Shown here: one piece after another, positions 1 through 9,319 of the stretch
How the letters are laid out: each line of letters starts with the position of its first letter
Position numbering within the stretch: position 1 is the first letter of the stretch
Virus record (IMG/VR): IMGVR_UViG_3300002461_000940
Location: 1 to 62,735 of that record
Direction: 5' to 3' (one strand)
DNA from: a virus
Lineage: Duplodnaviria; Caudoviricetes
DNA: 62,735 bases
Made by a program: the position numbers and the translations under genes
The notes under the pieces: generated by a model
Seen by the model: the letters and a program-made list of their open reading frames with translations, nothing else
The model's database searches: none
What the model was told of the DNA's origin: nothing

Positions 1-94
1 ATCCGGGGTCTTAAATCCAAATCAGTCAGCTACGCATGTAGATCCAATCGGCAATGGCTTGCGGACGGGGGTTCGATTCCCCCCGGTTCCACCA
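1..94 (+). ncRNA. ssrA: tmRNA, 3' portion
   Basis: Ends GCGGACGGGGGTTCGATTCCCCCCGGTTCCACCA (T-arm plus acceptor strand and CCA). The upstream sequence is not a tRNA cloverleaf and includes the tmRNA-like CGCATGTAG segment. Confidence 0.9.
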
Positions 95-100
95 GTCCAT

Positions 101-133
101 AAGCCCCAACCACTTTCGGTTGGGGCTTTTTTT
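101..133 (+). terminator. Intrinsic terminator after ssrA
   Basis: AAGCCCCAACC-actttc-GGTTGGGGCTT stem followed by a T run. Confidence 0.9.
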
Positions 134-411
134 CGTCTGATCGCGCCAGAAGCCGCGTGTTGTCGCGGGTTCGTGCGGAAGCCTGCGGACTTCGCTGGTG
201 GCCACCGTGGCACCTTCCAGGGCCGGTTCCGCTCTCTCCTGGCCATTCTTCTCTCCGGCCTCGCTCTCCGCGAATGGCCCGAAGTCCGCAAAGGCCCGGT
301 CCGGCACCCTTTGAAATCAACGGGTTACGCGCGGACGAATCAAGCGGTTGGATTGCGTCATTGCCTACCCGGTGGGGAACACCTTCGGCCAGGATGTTCC
401 CCGCGCTGACC

Positions 412-1578
412 CTACCGCGCTTGCTCTGAAGCAGTGGCCTGCTGAATCTGGTCGAACAGACGCTGCGCGGCCTGCCTGACAGCGAGATCTTGGTCTGCAC
501 TGAGAGGATCGAGATCTACGCCGTCGCGGCCCGCTGCATAGGCGGGACCCCCGACGTCATCGTCGTACTCCGAGCCGTCCTCGTTGATCGCAAAGTAGGC
601 ATCCTTTGAGAGGTCCGTGCCGACCAGCCGGGACAGATACACCCAAGTCCAGCACCGGGCCAGATCCCCTTGATCATGGTCCTCGATGAGACGGAGCATG
701 GCGTCCGTGTCCCCACTCTCGGCAGCCACGGTGAGCCAGTGCTTCGCGTCCGCCACGCGTCCCAGTCGCTCAGCAATCTCGGCAACGACCGTTGGATCTG
801 CATCAACATCGTGACGCGGTCGATCGAAGAATGATGGATCGCCAAACCGCTCCGCCAAGTCCAGAAGCGCGTGTTGATTGCCGAGTCGACCAGCCTCACG
901 AAGGTGACGGGCGTACTTGTCCGCTCGGGTGAGTCGAGCCGCATGGGCATCTGCCCACTCCTTCTCCACGCCTGTCAGCACTCGACCTTGCTGTGCCTGG
1001 GAATGCCAGTAAGAGCTTCCGGTCCCCTGATCGCTGCCTACATCGTCGTCGGGGGCATAGATCAGCGCCAAGGCGTAGTGAGCGAGAGCGTGGCCTTTGC
1101 TGGCCGCTACTTCCAACCCATCCAGCATGAGCGGTGCGAAATCAGCCTCGTCACTCTCTGCCCATCGAGCACCAGGCCGATCGTCTTGCTCGTCGCCGAA
1201 CTGCTCGGTGTCGTCACCAGTCGGATCGTCGTCTACTCTGGACCAATCCCCACGCAGCTGGCTGATCAACGCCGAAATCCGTACGACGCCAATTTGGCGC
1301 TCTGCCAGGAAGGACCCGAGCGACACTGAGACCAGATCCGCGTTTTCAGGCGGATGCCCAAGCTCGATGCAGCGCCGCCTGACGGAAGCACTGTGCGAGG
1401 CAGTTCGCTTTTCGTCCGGACTTCGCTGTGTGAGGACGGTATCAACGCCGAGTGCGGCGTAGGATTTGAAGCCGAACGAGGCTGCAAGCAGCTCGTAAAT
1501 GTGGGCTCTCTTGAGGGAGCCCCCCGTGTTGGCCTTGAGAAGTTGCTGCGCGGCGTACGCGAGTTCTTTGACTGTCAT
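412..1578 (-). CDS. Accessory protein: small N-terminal helical domain (Glyoxalase_8/DUF5623-like) plus Sel1-like repeats
   Basis: 388 aa. N-terminus KELA..QQLLK..GGSLKRAHIYELLAASFGFKSY; Sel1-like segments AASKGHALAHYALA, AGRLGNQHALLDL, AAESGDTDAM. SD AGGAAAGG upstream. Confidence 0.6.
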   Translation of the reverse strand: MTVKELAYAAQQLLKANTGGSLKRAHIYELLAASFGFKSYAALGVDTVLTQRSPDEKRTASHSASVRRRCIELGHPPENADLVSVSLGSFLAERQIGVVRISALISQLRGDWSRVDDDPTGDDTEQFGDEQDDRPGARWAESDEADFAPLMLDGLEVAASKGHALAHYALALIYAPDDDVGSDQGTGSSYWHSQAQQGRVLTGVEKEWADAHAARLTRADKYARHLREAGRLGNQHALLDLAERFGDPSFFDRPRHDVDADPTVVAEIAERLGRVADAKHWLTVAAESGDTDAMLRLIEDHDQGDLARCWTWVYLSRLVGTDLSKDAYFAINEDGSEYDDDVGGPAYAAGRDGVDLDPLSADQDLAVRQAAQRLFDQIQQATASEQAR

Positions 1579-1751
1579 GATGGACCTTTCCTATGTGCCA
1601 CGCCGATTTCGGGTCAGACGCACACGTTTAAGTCCCCGACGACGAGGCTCAAAGAAGAGGTTTTCAATGACAGTGAGGCGACGCCTTTTTTTACTCGTGT
1701 GCAAGTAAGGTGGGCACCTGTCGACATCTTAGCGTCGGCAGGCTGGATGGT

Positions 1752-2192
1752 CTACCTGAGCCTGGCGCGTTGGTCTTCCCAGAGCGCGGGCGGGTCGACC
1801 GCCAGGTCAAACAGCGTGACGTGGTTGGGCATGGCGTCATCCAGGATGGCGGCCACGATGTCCGGCGCCAGCGTGGTCAGGTTAACCATCCGGCTGACGT
1901 AGCTGTTGTCGATCCCTTCCCGGGCGGCGATCTCCTTGAGGGACTTGGCATCGCCCGACTCCAGCATGGCCAGCCAGCGGTGACCCCTGGCCAGCGCCAG
2001 CTGCAACGGCGTGGTGGCCGTGTCCCAGGGTCTGGCCTTCGCTGGTTGGCCCGTCACCGGATCGATCGGCAGCGTGACCAGCTTGCGCCCGCTGCGGCGT
2101 TTGATCCGGATCGGCACCGACAGCGTCACCCGCCCGTCGCTGGCAGCGATGACAGTCGTCTCGCCGGTCTTCTGGATGCTCGTCTCGCTCAT
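1752..2192 (-). CDS. Recombinase-associated HTH protein
   Basis: ATGA-coupled to the recombinase; LARGHRW...SLKEIAAREGIDNSYVSRMVNLTTLAPDIV helix-turn-helix typical of genes following these recombinases. Confidence 0.75.
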   Translation of the reverse strand: MSETSIQKTGETTVIAASDGRVTLSVPIRIKRRSGRKLVTLPIDPVTGQPAKARPWDTATTPLQLALARGHRWLAMLESGDAKSLKEIAAREGIDNSYVSRMVNLTTLAPDIVAAILDDAMPNHVTLFDLAVDPPALWEDQRARLR

Positions 2193-3544
2193 GCTGCGAC
2201 TTCGTCTGGCAGGCGCTCAGCCGCGGGCAGCAACTCCAGCACCACGCGTTCGACCCCGTTGGCTCGCAGCCGGACCTCCAGGTTGTTGGGCGAGATGATG
2301 ACCTTCTCGACCATCAGATTGACGATTCGCGTCTGCTCGGCGGGAAAGAGTTGGTCCCATATCGCATCGAGCCGCAGCATGGCCACGGAGACCTTGGCCT
2401 CGTCCAGCGTCGGATCCAGCTGAAGTGCGCGAGGCAGTACGTCGGCCAGCATCTCCGGCGCCCGCAGCGTCGAGCGCAACTGGTCCAGCACCGCCGACTC
2501 CAACTCCGCGGCCGGCAGCCGCGGTAGGCCCGACGCCCCCGCGTGCTCCTTGGCATCGCGTTGCGGCACGTAGTACCTGTAGCGGCGACCGTTGGGCTTG
2601 GTGACGTGGTGTGGCGACATCGCTCGCCCATCGCTGCCGAAGACCAGGCCCTTGAGCAACTGTGGCACCGTGGCACGCGTGGTGTTGCCACGGACCCGGC
2701 CATTGGTCGCCAGGATCGTGTGCACCTCACTCCAGACGTCCCGGCTGATGATCGCCGGGTGCTCGCCCTGGACCCACTCATCGCGGTGCTTCAGCTCGCC
2801 CAGGTAGGTCCGGTTGTGGATCAGCTTGTAGATCAGCGTCTTGTCGATCGGCTTGCCGTCGCGCACCCGGCCGTCCTGCGTGGTCCAGGACTTCGAAGTG
2901 GCTCCGTCCAGCTTCAGCTCCTTGACGAGCAGCGTGCCTGAGCCGAGTTCGACAAATCGCCGGAAGATGTGGCGGACCAACTTCGCCTCGGCTTCGTTGG
3001 GCACCAAGCGCCGGTTCTTGACGTCGTAGCCGAGTGGCGGAATGCCGCCCATCCAGATGCCCTTGCGTTTGCTGGCGGCGAACTTGTCGCGGATGCGCTC
3101 GCCGGTCACCTCGCGCTCGAACTGCGCGAATGACAGCAGGACGTTCAGCATCAGCCGACCCATCGAGGTCGTCGTGTTGAACTGCTGCGTCACCGACACG
3201 AACGATACGCCGCGGCGCTCGAACACCTCGACCATCTTCGAGAAGTCGGCCAGGCTGCGAGTCAGGCGGTCGATCTTGTAGACCACCACCACGTCGATCT
3301 TGCCGGCATCGATGTCGGCCAGGAGGCGCTTGATCGCCGGGCGCTCCATGTGTCCGCCCGAGTACGCGGGGTCGTCATAGTCGTCTGTGACCGGGATCCA
3401 TCCCTCGGCACGCTGGCTGGCGATGTAGGCGTGGCCGGCATCGCGCTGGGCGTCGATCGAGTTGTATTCCTGGTCCATGCCCTCGTCGGTCGACTTGCGG
3501 GTGTAGACCGCGCAGCGCAGGCGCCGCTTCAGCGTCTCAGTCAT
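2189..3544 (-). CDS. Large serine recombinase (integrase)
   Basis: AVYTRKST catalytic motif, VVVYKIDRLTRS, recombinase domain (PPLGY, YLG). Start MTETLK overlaps the upstream stop (ATGA). Confidence 0.95.
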   Translation of the reverse strand: MTETLKRRLRCAVYTRKSTDEGMDQEYNSIDAQRDAGHAYIASQRAEGWIPVTDDYDDPAYSGGHMERPAIKRLLADIDAGKIDVVVVYKIDRLTRSLADFSKMVEVFERRGVSFVSVTQQFNTTTSMGRLMLNVLLSFAQFEREVTGERIRDKFAASKRKGIWMGGIPPLGYDVKNRRLVPNEAEAKLVRHIFRRFVELGSGTLLVKELKLDGATSKSWTTQDGRVRDGKPIDKTLIYKLIHNRTYLGELKHRDEWVQGEHPAIISRDVWSEVHTILATNGRVRGNTTRATVPQLLKGLVFGSDGRAMSPHHVTKPNGRRYRYYVPQRDAKEHAGASGLPRLPAAELESAVLDQLRSTLRAPEMLADVLPRALQLDPTLDEAKVSVAMLRLDAIWDQLFPAEQTRIVNLMVEKVIISPNNLEVRLRANGVERVVLELLPAAERLPDEVAA

Positions 3545-4041
3545 CGCTGGCCTCCCTTCTTCGCCTTCTGCTTTGGCGTCGAGATCGGCTTGATGCCGAA
3601 GAACACGGGGCCCGACCATCGGGTGCCGGTGATCTCGCGGGCAATCATGGACAGGCTGGGAAACATCCGGCCCTCGAATTCGTACTGGCCATCTGCCGTT
3701 ACAGCCACGCGGTAGGCCACGCCACGGTACTCCCGGGTGAGGAGGGTGCCCGCCGCAGGGCGGAAGTCGCGGTCGCGCTTCTTGACCTTGCCGGTGGCCA
3801 GTAGCGACGCGATGCGGCGACTGTTGCGGTCGAGCAGTTGCGGGTTGACCTGGCGGAACGCCTGCTCTTGCAGCCGGTAGGCGATGCGGCGCTCCAGGAA
3901 CTGCCGGTTGTGCGTTGGCGGGTCGGCGTCGAATAGGCTCAGCCAGAGCGACTTGATCGCAGGCATCTCAAGGTCTGACAGGCCAGCAATCTTTGCGGCC
4001 ACGGTTGGCGGTGTCGTCCAGGTGTTTGTAGGTGCGTTCAT
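3541..4041 (-). CDS. DUF2924 family protein
   Basis: LERRIAYRLQE...GTLLTREYRG...SLSMIAREITGTRWSGPVFFG; usual partner of these recombinases. Confidence 0.85.
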   Translation of the reverse strand: MNAPTNTWTTPPTVAAKIAGLSDLEMPAIKSLWLSLFDADPPTHNRQFLERRIAYRLQEQAFRQVNPQLLDRNSRRIASLLATGKVKKRDRDFRPAAGTLLTREYRGVAYRVAVTADGQYEFEGRMFPSLSMIAREITGTRWSGPVFFGIKPISTPKQKAKKGGQR

Positions 4042-4256
4042 CGGGCTTTCCTGACCTCGTTGTTGACGGGGTCTGCATGAACGCGCTGGTCGCCAGAAAA
4101 GCCAAGGTCAAACTCGCTCTCCAGTGGATGCTGCTGCGCGACTCGAATACCGGCAGTCCGCAGCCGCACCAGGCCGTTGGCCAGCAGCCCCGCGACTTCC
4201 TGGCGCCGCTGCGCCGGCGTCATCGCCTCCGGCGGCGTGTGTTTGATCTGGTGCAT
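4038..4256 (-). CDS. Small hypothetical protein of the recombinase operon
   Basis: 72 aa, coupled to DUF2924; PEAMTPAQRRQEVAGLLANGLVRL. Confidence 0.65.
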   Translation of the reverse strand: MHQIKHTPPEAMTPAQRRQEVAGLLANGLVRLRTAGIRVAQQHPLESEFDLGFSGDQRVHADPVNNEVRKAR

Positions 4257-4381
4257 GGGTATCGCTCTCGTCCTTCAAACTCGCTTGCAGCGAAATTCTG
4301 CGGACGGGTTCGTTGCAACACCAGAAGGGAGTTGCAGGCCCGCGCGGGGCGAGGCGGGCTGCGGCAAAAACCGAGGCCGAC

Positions 4382-5599
4382 TCAGGTCGCGAGTTGATGC
4401 GCCAGGATCGACTTCATGAGCGGGTTGCTGTGTGTCGGGCCCGCCACCCAATCCCGGATCTGGGCCTGGATGTGGCCAACATCAACGCCGGCGGCAGTGG
4501 CCGCGCGCGTCGTGGCGGCGTAGGCGTCCAGTACGTCGGCGCCGGTGATTTCGTAGCCATAACCGATCGACATCCAGCGCAGCGACGCCAGTCCCGCCGC
4601 CAGTGCGAAGGCGGGCTGCGTCTCGGCGAAGTCCCGCGCAGCGCGGGTCAGCGTGCGCGGATCGGTCGGGCTGGCGTTCGCCAACTCGATGGCGACGTCG
4701 AACAGGTCGGCATCCTTGGCCGCGGCGAACCACTTGCCCTCCGAGCCCGGTGTGCTGGCCACGAGGTCGCGCAGGATGTCGGCCGGCTTTTTGTGCGGGT
4801 ACTTCCTGGCAATCGCCCGAAACGTGGCGAGATGCGTCCCGCCTTGATTGGCCTCGATCGCGTAACGCTGGTAAGCCTCGTCGGCCAGGCCGGACGAAAG
4901 CAGGATCGATTCGCAGGCCTCGGCGATCTGCATGCCCGGGTCGTTGAGCCCACGCGAGTCTTCGGCGTATCGCAGCGCCTCGGCCTTCCTGCCGAGCGCC
5001 GCCAGCGCCTGGACGCCCCACTTGCGGTCGTGCCAGAACTTGTAGGGCGCCATCTCCAACAAGCCGAGCAAGGGCTCGTACTGGCCGGCTGCCATCATGG
5101 CCGACAGGCAGGCAGCAGTGCCGTTGTAGTAGCCGTGGCCATTGGCGTGCGGCCTCCAGGCGTACTCAACCATCGGACGGAACTCGGCGATCCACCGCTC
5201 GGCCAGCTTGGGCTCGGCGCACAGGGTGCCCCAGTGGTCGGCCAGGCTCTCGATGTAGGAAATGCCATCCTCTTCGATGGCTTTCCAGAGCCGCTCCAGC
5301 CACTTCTGACGGACCTTGGCGTCCACAGGCGCCTTGGCGATGATGGGCACCAAGGTCTCGATGGCGCGGTTCACTGCCGTGCCGATCGCGCCCGACGAGC
5401 TGTCCACCTGCTCTAGGGCCGGGGCCAATTTCTCCAGCAGCAGCACCGACCCTTCCGCCGCCAGGGCGGGTTCCTTGCGCGCCACCTGCTTGATCTCGGC
5501 GAGAGCTTCCTTGATGCGCTGGATTGGCGTGTCCGACCGCCAGCCGAACGCCTGACGTCGAAAGCGCGGGGCGAACTGCCACTTGTGCGCGGTACTCAT
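4382..5599 (-). CDS. Hypothetical alpha-helical protein, third gene of the XRE-ImmA operon
   Basis: 405 aa ORF, ATGA overlap with the metallopeptidase stop. Confidence 0.8.
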   Translation of the reverse strand: MSTAHKWQFAPRFRRQAFGWRSDTPIQRIKEALAEIKQVARKEPALAAEGSVLLLEKLAPALEQVDSSSGAIGTAVNRAIETLVPIIAKAPVDAKVRQKWLERLWKAIEEDGISYIESLADHWGTLCAEPKLAERWIAEFRPMVEYAWRPHANGHGYYNGTAACLSAMMAAGQYEPLLGLLEMAPYKFWHDRKWGVQALAALGRKAEALRYAEDSRGLNDPGMQIAEACESILLSSGLADEAYQRYAIEANQGGTHLATFRAIARKYPHKKPADILRDLVASTPGSEGKWFAAAKDADLFDVAIELANASPTDPRTLTRAARDFAETQPAFALAAGLASLRWMSIGYGYEITGADVLDAYAATTRAATAAGVDVGHIQAQIRDWVAGPTHSNPLMKSILAHQLAT

Positions 5600-6510
5600 C
5601 GTCGATCGAGGGGCTGCCCGTTGTTGATGAATCGATCGAAGGTGTCTTCCTCCGGGTCGCCATCCTCATGCTGCGGACGTCGCCACTCGGCGTCGGGCAT
5701 GGTCAGCAAGGTCAGCGAGTAGCCATAGCTGCCGGCGACCATGGTCATCTCTTTCAGATCGACGTATCCCGGCTCACGAGGAAACCAGACGTTGGCCCGG
5801 GTCGAGTGCTGCTGACTGCCACCGGTGCAGTTGGCACTGTGGGCCAGTGCGTTGTCGGGCAGCGGGATCGTGTTCTTCCGCGTGGCGAAGAAGGCCCCCG
5901 ACTTGAACGCTGCTTCGTTGGCCTTGGCCCACAGCAGGTGGTCGTCACAGCTGGCGACAAGAACGGCTCGCCCCTCGGCGATGTCTGTCCAGCGCAGGGC
6001 CGCCGCCGTCAGCGACACGCCATACCGATTTGCGCAATGGCTGAACAGATCAAAGCTCACGGCCTGGCCCGCGACCTGGCGACGCAGGTCGTCGTACGGC
6101 ATCAACAGGTTGGAGGCAAACCGGTCGGCCTCATCCTCGATGCTCTGCTCGTTGCCGCTACCTACCTCGATGTCGCCCTTGCTGCACTGGAACTGATCCT
6201 GCTGATGCCGGTGCAGCATGTAGTGCCCAAACTCATGGGCAATGGTGAAACGCTTGCGACCTTCTGAGGTGATCGCGGAGTTGTAGACGATGATCCACTT
6301 CGACTTGGTCGCGTTGCCGGCCAGCATGCCGTCGACGCTGTCCATGTCCTCGCCGTGGATCTTTGTGATGGGCGATCCAGGGAAGCGACCCTTCGAGTAC
6401 TCCTTCGCCACTTCGTCGACTTGCACCGGGAACCGGTCGGTGCCAAGGACGGCGTTCAGCGCCTGAGAGATCTGGTTGGCTGCGGCCGCCGGCTGCAAGG
6501 ACGGGCTCAT
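5596..6510 (-). CDS. ImmA/IrrE family Zn metallopeptidase
   Basis: RKRFTIAHEFGH (HExxH), EDEADRFASNLLMP, YGVSLTAA HTH, GAF-like C-terminus. Confidence 0.92.
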   Translation of the reverse strand: MSPSLQPAAAANQISQALNAVLGTDRFPVQVDEVAKEYSKGRFPGSPITKIHGEDMDSVDGMLAGNATKSKWIIVYNSAITSEGRKRFTIAHEFGHYMLHRHQQDQFQCSKGDIEVGSGNEQSIEDEADRFASNLLMPYDDLRRQVAGQAVSFDLFSHCANRYGVSLTAAALRWTDIAEGRAVLVASCDDHLLWAKANEAAFKSGAFFATRKNTIPLPDNALAHSANCTGGSQQHSTRANVWFPREPGYVDLKEMTMVAGSYGYSLTLLTMPDAEWRRPQHEDGDPEEDTFDRFINNGQPLDRR

Positions 6511-6827
6511 TCGTCTTCCCAGGCGTCCAGGATCCGGCGGAGCTTCTTCTTGTCGCCGTCGGACATGGTCTTGTACTTCCGAAAGAAGGCCTCGTCGAGG
6601 ACGGCGTCGTCGGGTGTACTGACCGAGTTCGTGAGCAGGAACTCGGTGGTGACCTCCAGCACCGCGGCCAGGCGGGTGATCTTGTCCGCGGACGGCTTTG
6701 GATCGTCCTTGTTCTCAAGCTCCCAGATGTAGCTCTTGCTGGAGTCCGTCAGCTCCGCCAGTTGCTCGAGGCTGAGTTTCTTCTGCTTGCGCAGGGCATG
6801 GATCTTGTCGCCCAGTGGGGATGGCAC
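6507..6827 (-). CDS. XRE family HTH repressor
   Basis: IHALRKQKKLSLEQLAELTDSSKSYIWELEN. Confidence 0.93.
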   Translation of the reverse strand: MPSPLGDKIHALRKQKKLSLEQLAELTDSSKSYIWELENKDDPKPSADKITRLAAVLEVTTEFLLTNSVSTPDDAVLDEAFFRKYKTMSDGDKKKLRRILDAWEDE

Positions 6828-6870
6828 CGGTCGCTCCTCTCGGGTCTGCGTAGGTCTAGAAACTTGCTAC

Positions 6871-6949
6871 TGTACCGAACGAGCTTGCGCGAGCTTGACA
6901 GGGTTCGCACCAATTGGAAATAATCTGCAAAGTTCGGTGTACCGAACGA
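6871..6949. promoter_or_regulatory. Divergent promoter/operator region
   Basis: TTGACA (6895-6900), 18 nt spacer, AATAAT (6919-6924); palindrome GTTCGGT-gt-ACCGAAC (6932-6947); TGTACCGAACGA repeated at 6871 and 6938. Confidence 0.7.
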
Positions 6950-7033
6950 ACTACAGCGATCCATCCCTTGGCGAGGCGGGGTGTTTCGGCCGCAACCCTA
7001 TCCCTGGTCCGCGCCTCGCCATCGGAGCTTTCA

Positions 7034-8260
7034 ATGAATGATGCAGAGAACCTTGCCCGCCTTCTCGGCCATGTCGAGCCGGCGGTCTTCCGGCACCTCA
7101 TGGTCACCAAGTTTGACCTGGCGCTGCCAGCAGTGGACGCGAAGAAGTCCAAGACCGAAAACCGGGGCCTGCTGGCGACGGCACTGACCGATCTGACGGT
7201 CAGCCAGCGACAGAAGCTCGACGAAGAGGCGGAGCGCATCGTCCTGCTGTCGGACGGCCCCGGGCAGGACGTCATCGATGGGATGCGCCAGGACATCGGC
7301 GGCGTTGCCAACCGCGAGGCGTTCGGCAAGATCCGCAACCAGTATGAGCGCGCGATCTGGCTGTACATCCACGACTTCCGGCTCTTCAAGCACGCGCTCG
7401 ATGCGCGGCAAGCCGATGTCTTCCGCCAGAGCTCCAGCTGCTACTCTGGATTCGTCGCCCCCAAGGGTCTGGACGTCAAGGATGACTCGATCTCACAGGC
7501 AGCGTTCCACGCACGTGCCGCGCAGAGGTTGGGGTGCCCGGCTGAGGACGTCGCGGTGCAGATCTTCAAACGCTTGCGACCTGACGCGGACACCGGCAAG
7601 GATATCAACCTCTACCAGATCAGCATCCACCACAACCGGCCGCCCGAGGTCGTGGACTGCGTCAAGGACAGCACGCTCGTGACGCAGGAGGTCGTCCGCG
7701 CGGTTTCGGCGCACATCACCTACGAACCCAGCAACGGCCACCTTGAGGTGCTCTCCCGCGAGACCGACGCGCGCGAGGACCTGGGCCGGCTGGTGGCAGA
7801 CGATCTTCTGCAATCCCCGATCACCGGGGAGACGATCCCGCTGAAGGTCTACTCGTACCAGAGCCTGGCCGCGCCGCGCCACTTCGACATCTCGGGCGAA
7901 CCGGTCACGGCCGTCAAGGTGGTCGAGCTCGGATACACGGTCCCCGACCATCGGTCGCTGCAGGTGAAGATTTGGGCCAAGGATGTCGACGACATTTACA
8001 CGGCCGCACGCGCGCTGATCACGCCCACATTCGACTTCCGCAGTCACCGTCTCACGTACGCCAAGATCTCCTTGACCACGCGCAAGGGCCACGGCGAGCG
8101 TGCTCGCACGATCAACATCGTCCTGCGCGACGACAACAAGTGCAACGTCAAGACCAAGCGCGAGAAAGACCGGGCGCTCTGCGACCGCCTGCTCGCGAAG
8201 TGGGGCTTGATCAGGGAGATCGGCGATGCGCCCAAGTCTGTCGACGCGCTCGCTGCTTGA
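7034..8260 (+). CDS. Hypothetical protein, first gene divergent from the repressor
   Basis: Long ORF with SD GGAG before ATG 7034 (MNDAENL). Confidence 0.8.
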   Translation: MNDAENLARLLGHVEPAVFRHLMVTKFDLALPAVDAKKSKTENRGLLATALTDLTVSQRQKLDEEAERIVLLSDGPGQDVIDGMRQDIGGVANREAFGKIRNQYERAIWLYIHDFRLFKHALDARQADVFRQSSSCYSGFVAPKGLDVKDDSISQAAFHARAAQRLGCPAEDVAVQIFKRLRPDADTGKDINLYQISIHHNRPPEVVDCVKDSTLVTQEVVRAVSAHITYEPSNGHLEVLSRETDAREDLGRLVADDLLQSPITGETIPLKVYSYQSLAAPRHFDISGEPVTAVKVVELGYTVPDHRSLQVKIWAKDVDDIYTAARALITPTFDFRSHRLTYAKISLTTRKGHGERARTINIVLRDDNKCNVKTKREKDRALCDRLLAKWGLIREIGDAPKSVDALAA

Positions 8261-9227
8261 GCTCCTGAGCCTGTTCGAGCAGGGCCATCAGCGCGTGGCC
8301 GGCCTGGGCGGGCAGCATCTGCGCGGAGTGCCAGCATGGGGTCTGAGAAACCTCCAGCACCTCTCGCCGGATCAGGTCGACACCTGGACCGATCGCATCG
8401 GCTATGCCGCGTCGTACCCTGTGCCTTGCGGCGACGACCTGCTGCCGGTGGGCCTCGACGAGGAAGACGACGGCCGCTTCAGCTATCTCTGTCCGGAGAC
8501 ATTCCGCGTGAAGCACATCTGTGCCGACGCGGCTGCCGTACGCGCGGTCGCGGCCGACAGGCTGCTCAACTGCGTGGCCGAACTGCTCAACATTCCTCAA
8601 GCTCTGAGACGAGGCATCCAAGCGCCTGCGATACCAGACGTGCTGTGGCACCTTGGAAGGATGCGCGTCGGCAGAGTCCACGTCGATGTCTGGCTTGTGC
8701 GCGGCCTGGCGACGTCCATCGAAGAGGTGCTGCGGTACTTTGAGAAGTCATCCCTGCCGAACACGGGGCTCATCCTCGCGGCTGGCGCCGGGTTGCCAAA
8801 TCTGATGCGACAAATCAGGGACTATCGCGTCGTCGCCATCAGCGACGTGCTGATCGAAGGCGCCACACTCCCTGAGATCGATGATGAATTGCTGCATCGG
8901 ATCTTGGTCGGCGCGCCCTCGGGCACACCTGCAGCAGCTCACCCGGTGCAGTTCGACGAACCGGGGCGCCGCCTCACCATCGCTACCCGCAGCATCGAGC
9001 CGTGGCAAATCAAGGGCAAGGTCCAAGCTGCGGTGGTCCATTACTTGGTCCAGCAAGTTCACCTGAACCGACGCTGGGTGCCTGCGCGCGAAATCCGTGA
9101 CGCTGTCTACGGCCACGAGTCCAGTGGGCGTAGTGAACGCATCTCCGAGATCTTCAAGGGCAATACGCGCTGGCAGGACTACATCGAGCAAGACGGCGCC
9201 GGCCAATACAGCATCAAGCTTGACTGA
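8226..9227 (+). CDS. Hypothetical protein with probable C-terminal winged-helix domain
   Basis: 333 aa; C-terminus VVHYL...VPAREIRDAVYG...RISEIFK...IEQDGAGQYSI resembles an OmpR-type wHTH. Confidence 0.6.
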   Translation: MRPSLSTRSLLELLSLFEQGHQRVAGLGGQHLRGVPAWGLRNLQHLSPDQVDTWTDRIGYAASYPVPCGDDLLPVGLDEEDDGRFSYLCPETFRVKHICADAAAVRAVAADRLLNCVAELLNIPQALRRGIQAPAIPDVLWHLGRMRVGRVHVDVWLVRGLATSIEEVLRYFEKSSLPNTGLILAAGAGLPNLMRQIRDYRVVAISDVLIEGATLPEIDDELLHRILVGAPSGTPAAAHPVQFDEPGRRLTIATRSIEPWQIKGKVQAAVVHYLVQQVHLNRRWVPAREIRDAVYGHESSGRSERISEIFKGNTRWQDYIEQDGAGQYSIKLD

Positions 9228-9262
9228 GCCCGAGCCGGCGCCAGTCGGCAAGAGCAACAACC

Positions 9263-9284
9263 AACCGCCTTAGGGCGGTTTTTT
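9263..9284 (+). terminator. Intrinsic terminator
   Basis: AACCGCC-ttag-GGCGGTT followed by TTTT. Confidence 0.75.
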
Positions 9285-9319
9285 GTTGTCTGCGACCTTC
9301 CGCGCCATGCGGGAGCACC

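Noticed and set aside
59-94. tRNA gene
   Set aside because: Only a T-arm and acceptor strand are present; there is no anticodon or D arm at tRNA spacing. It fits the tmRNA 3' end better.
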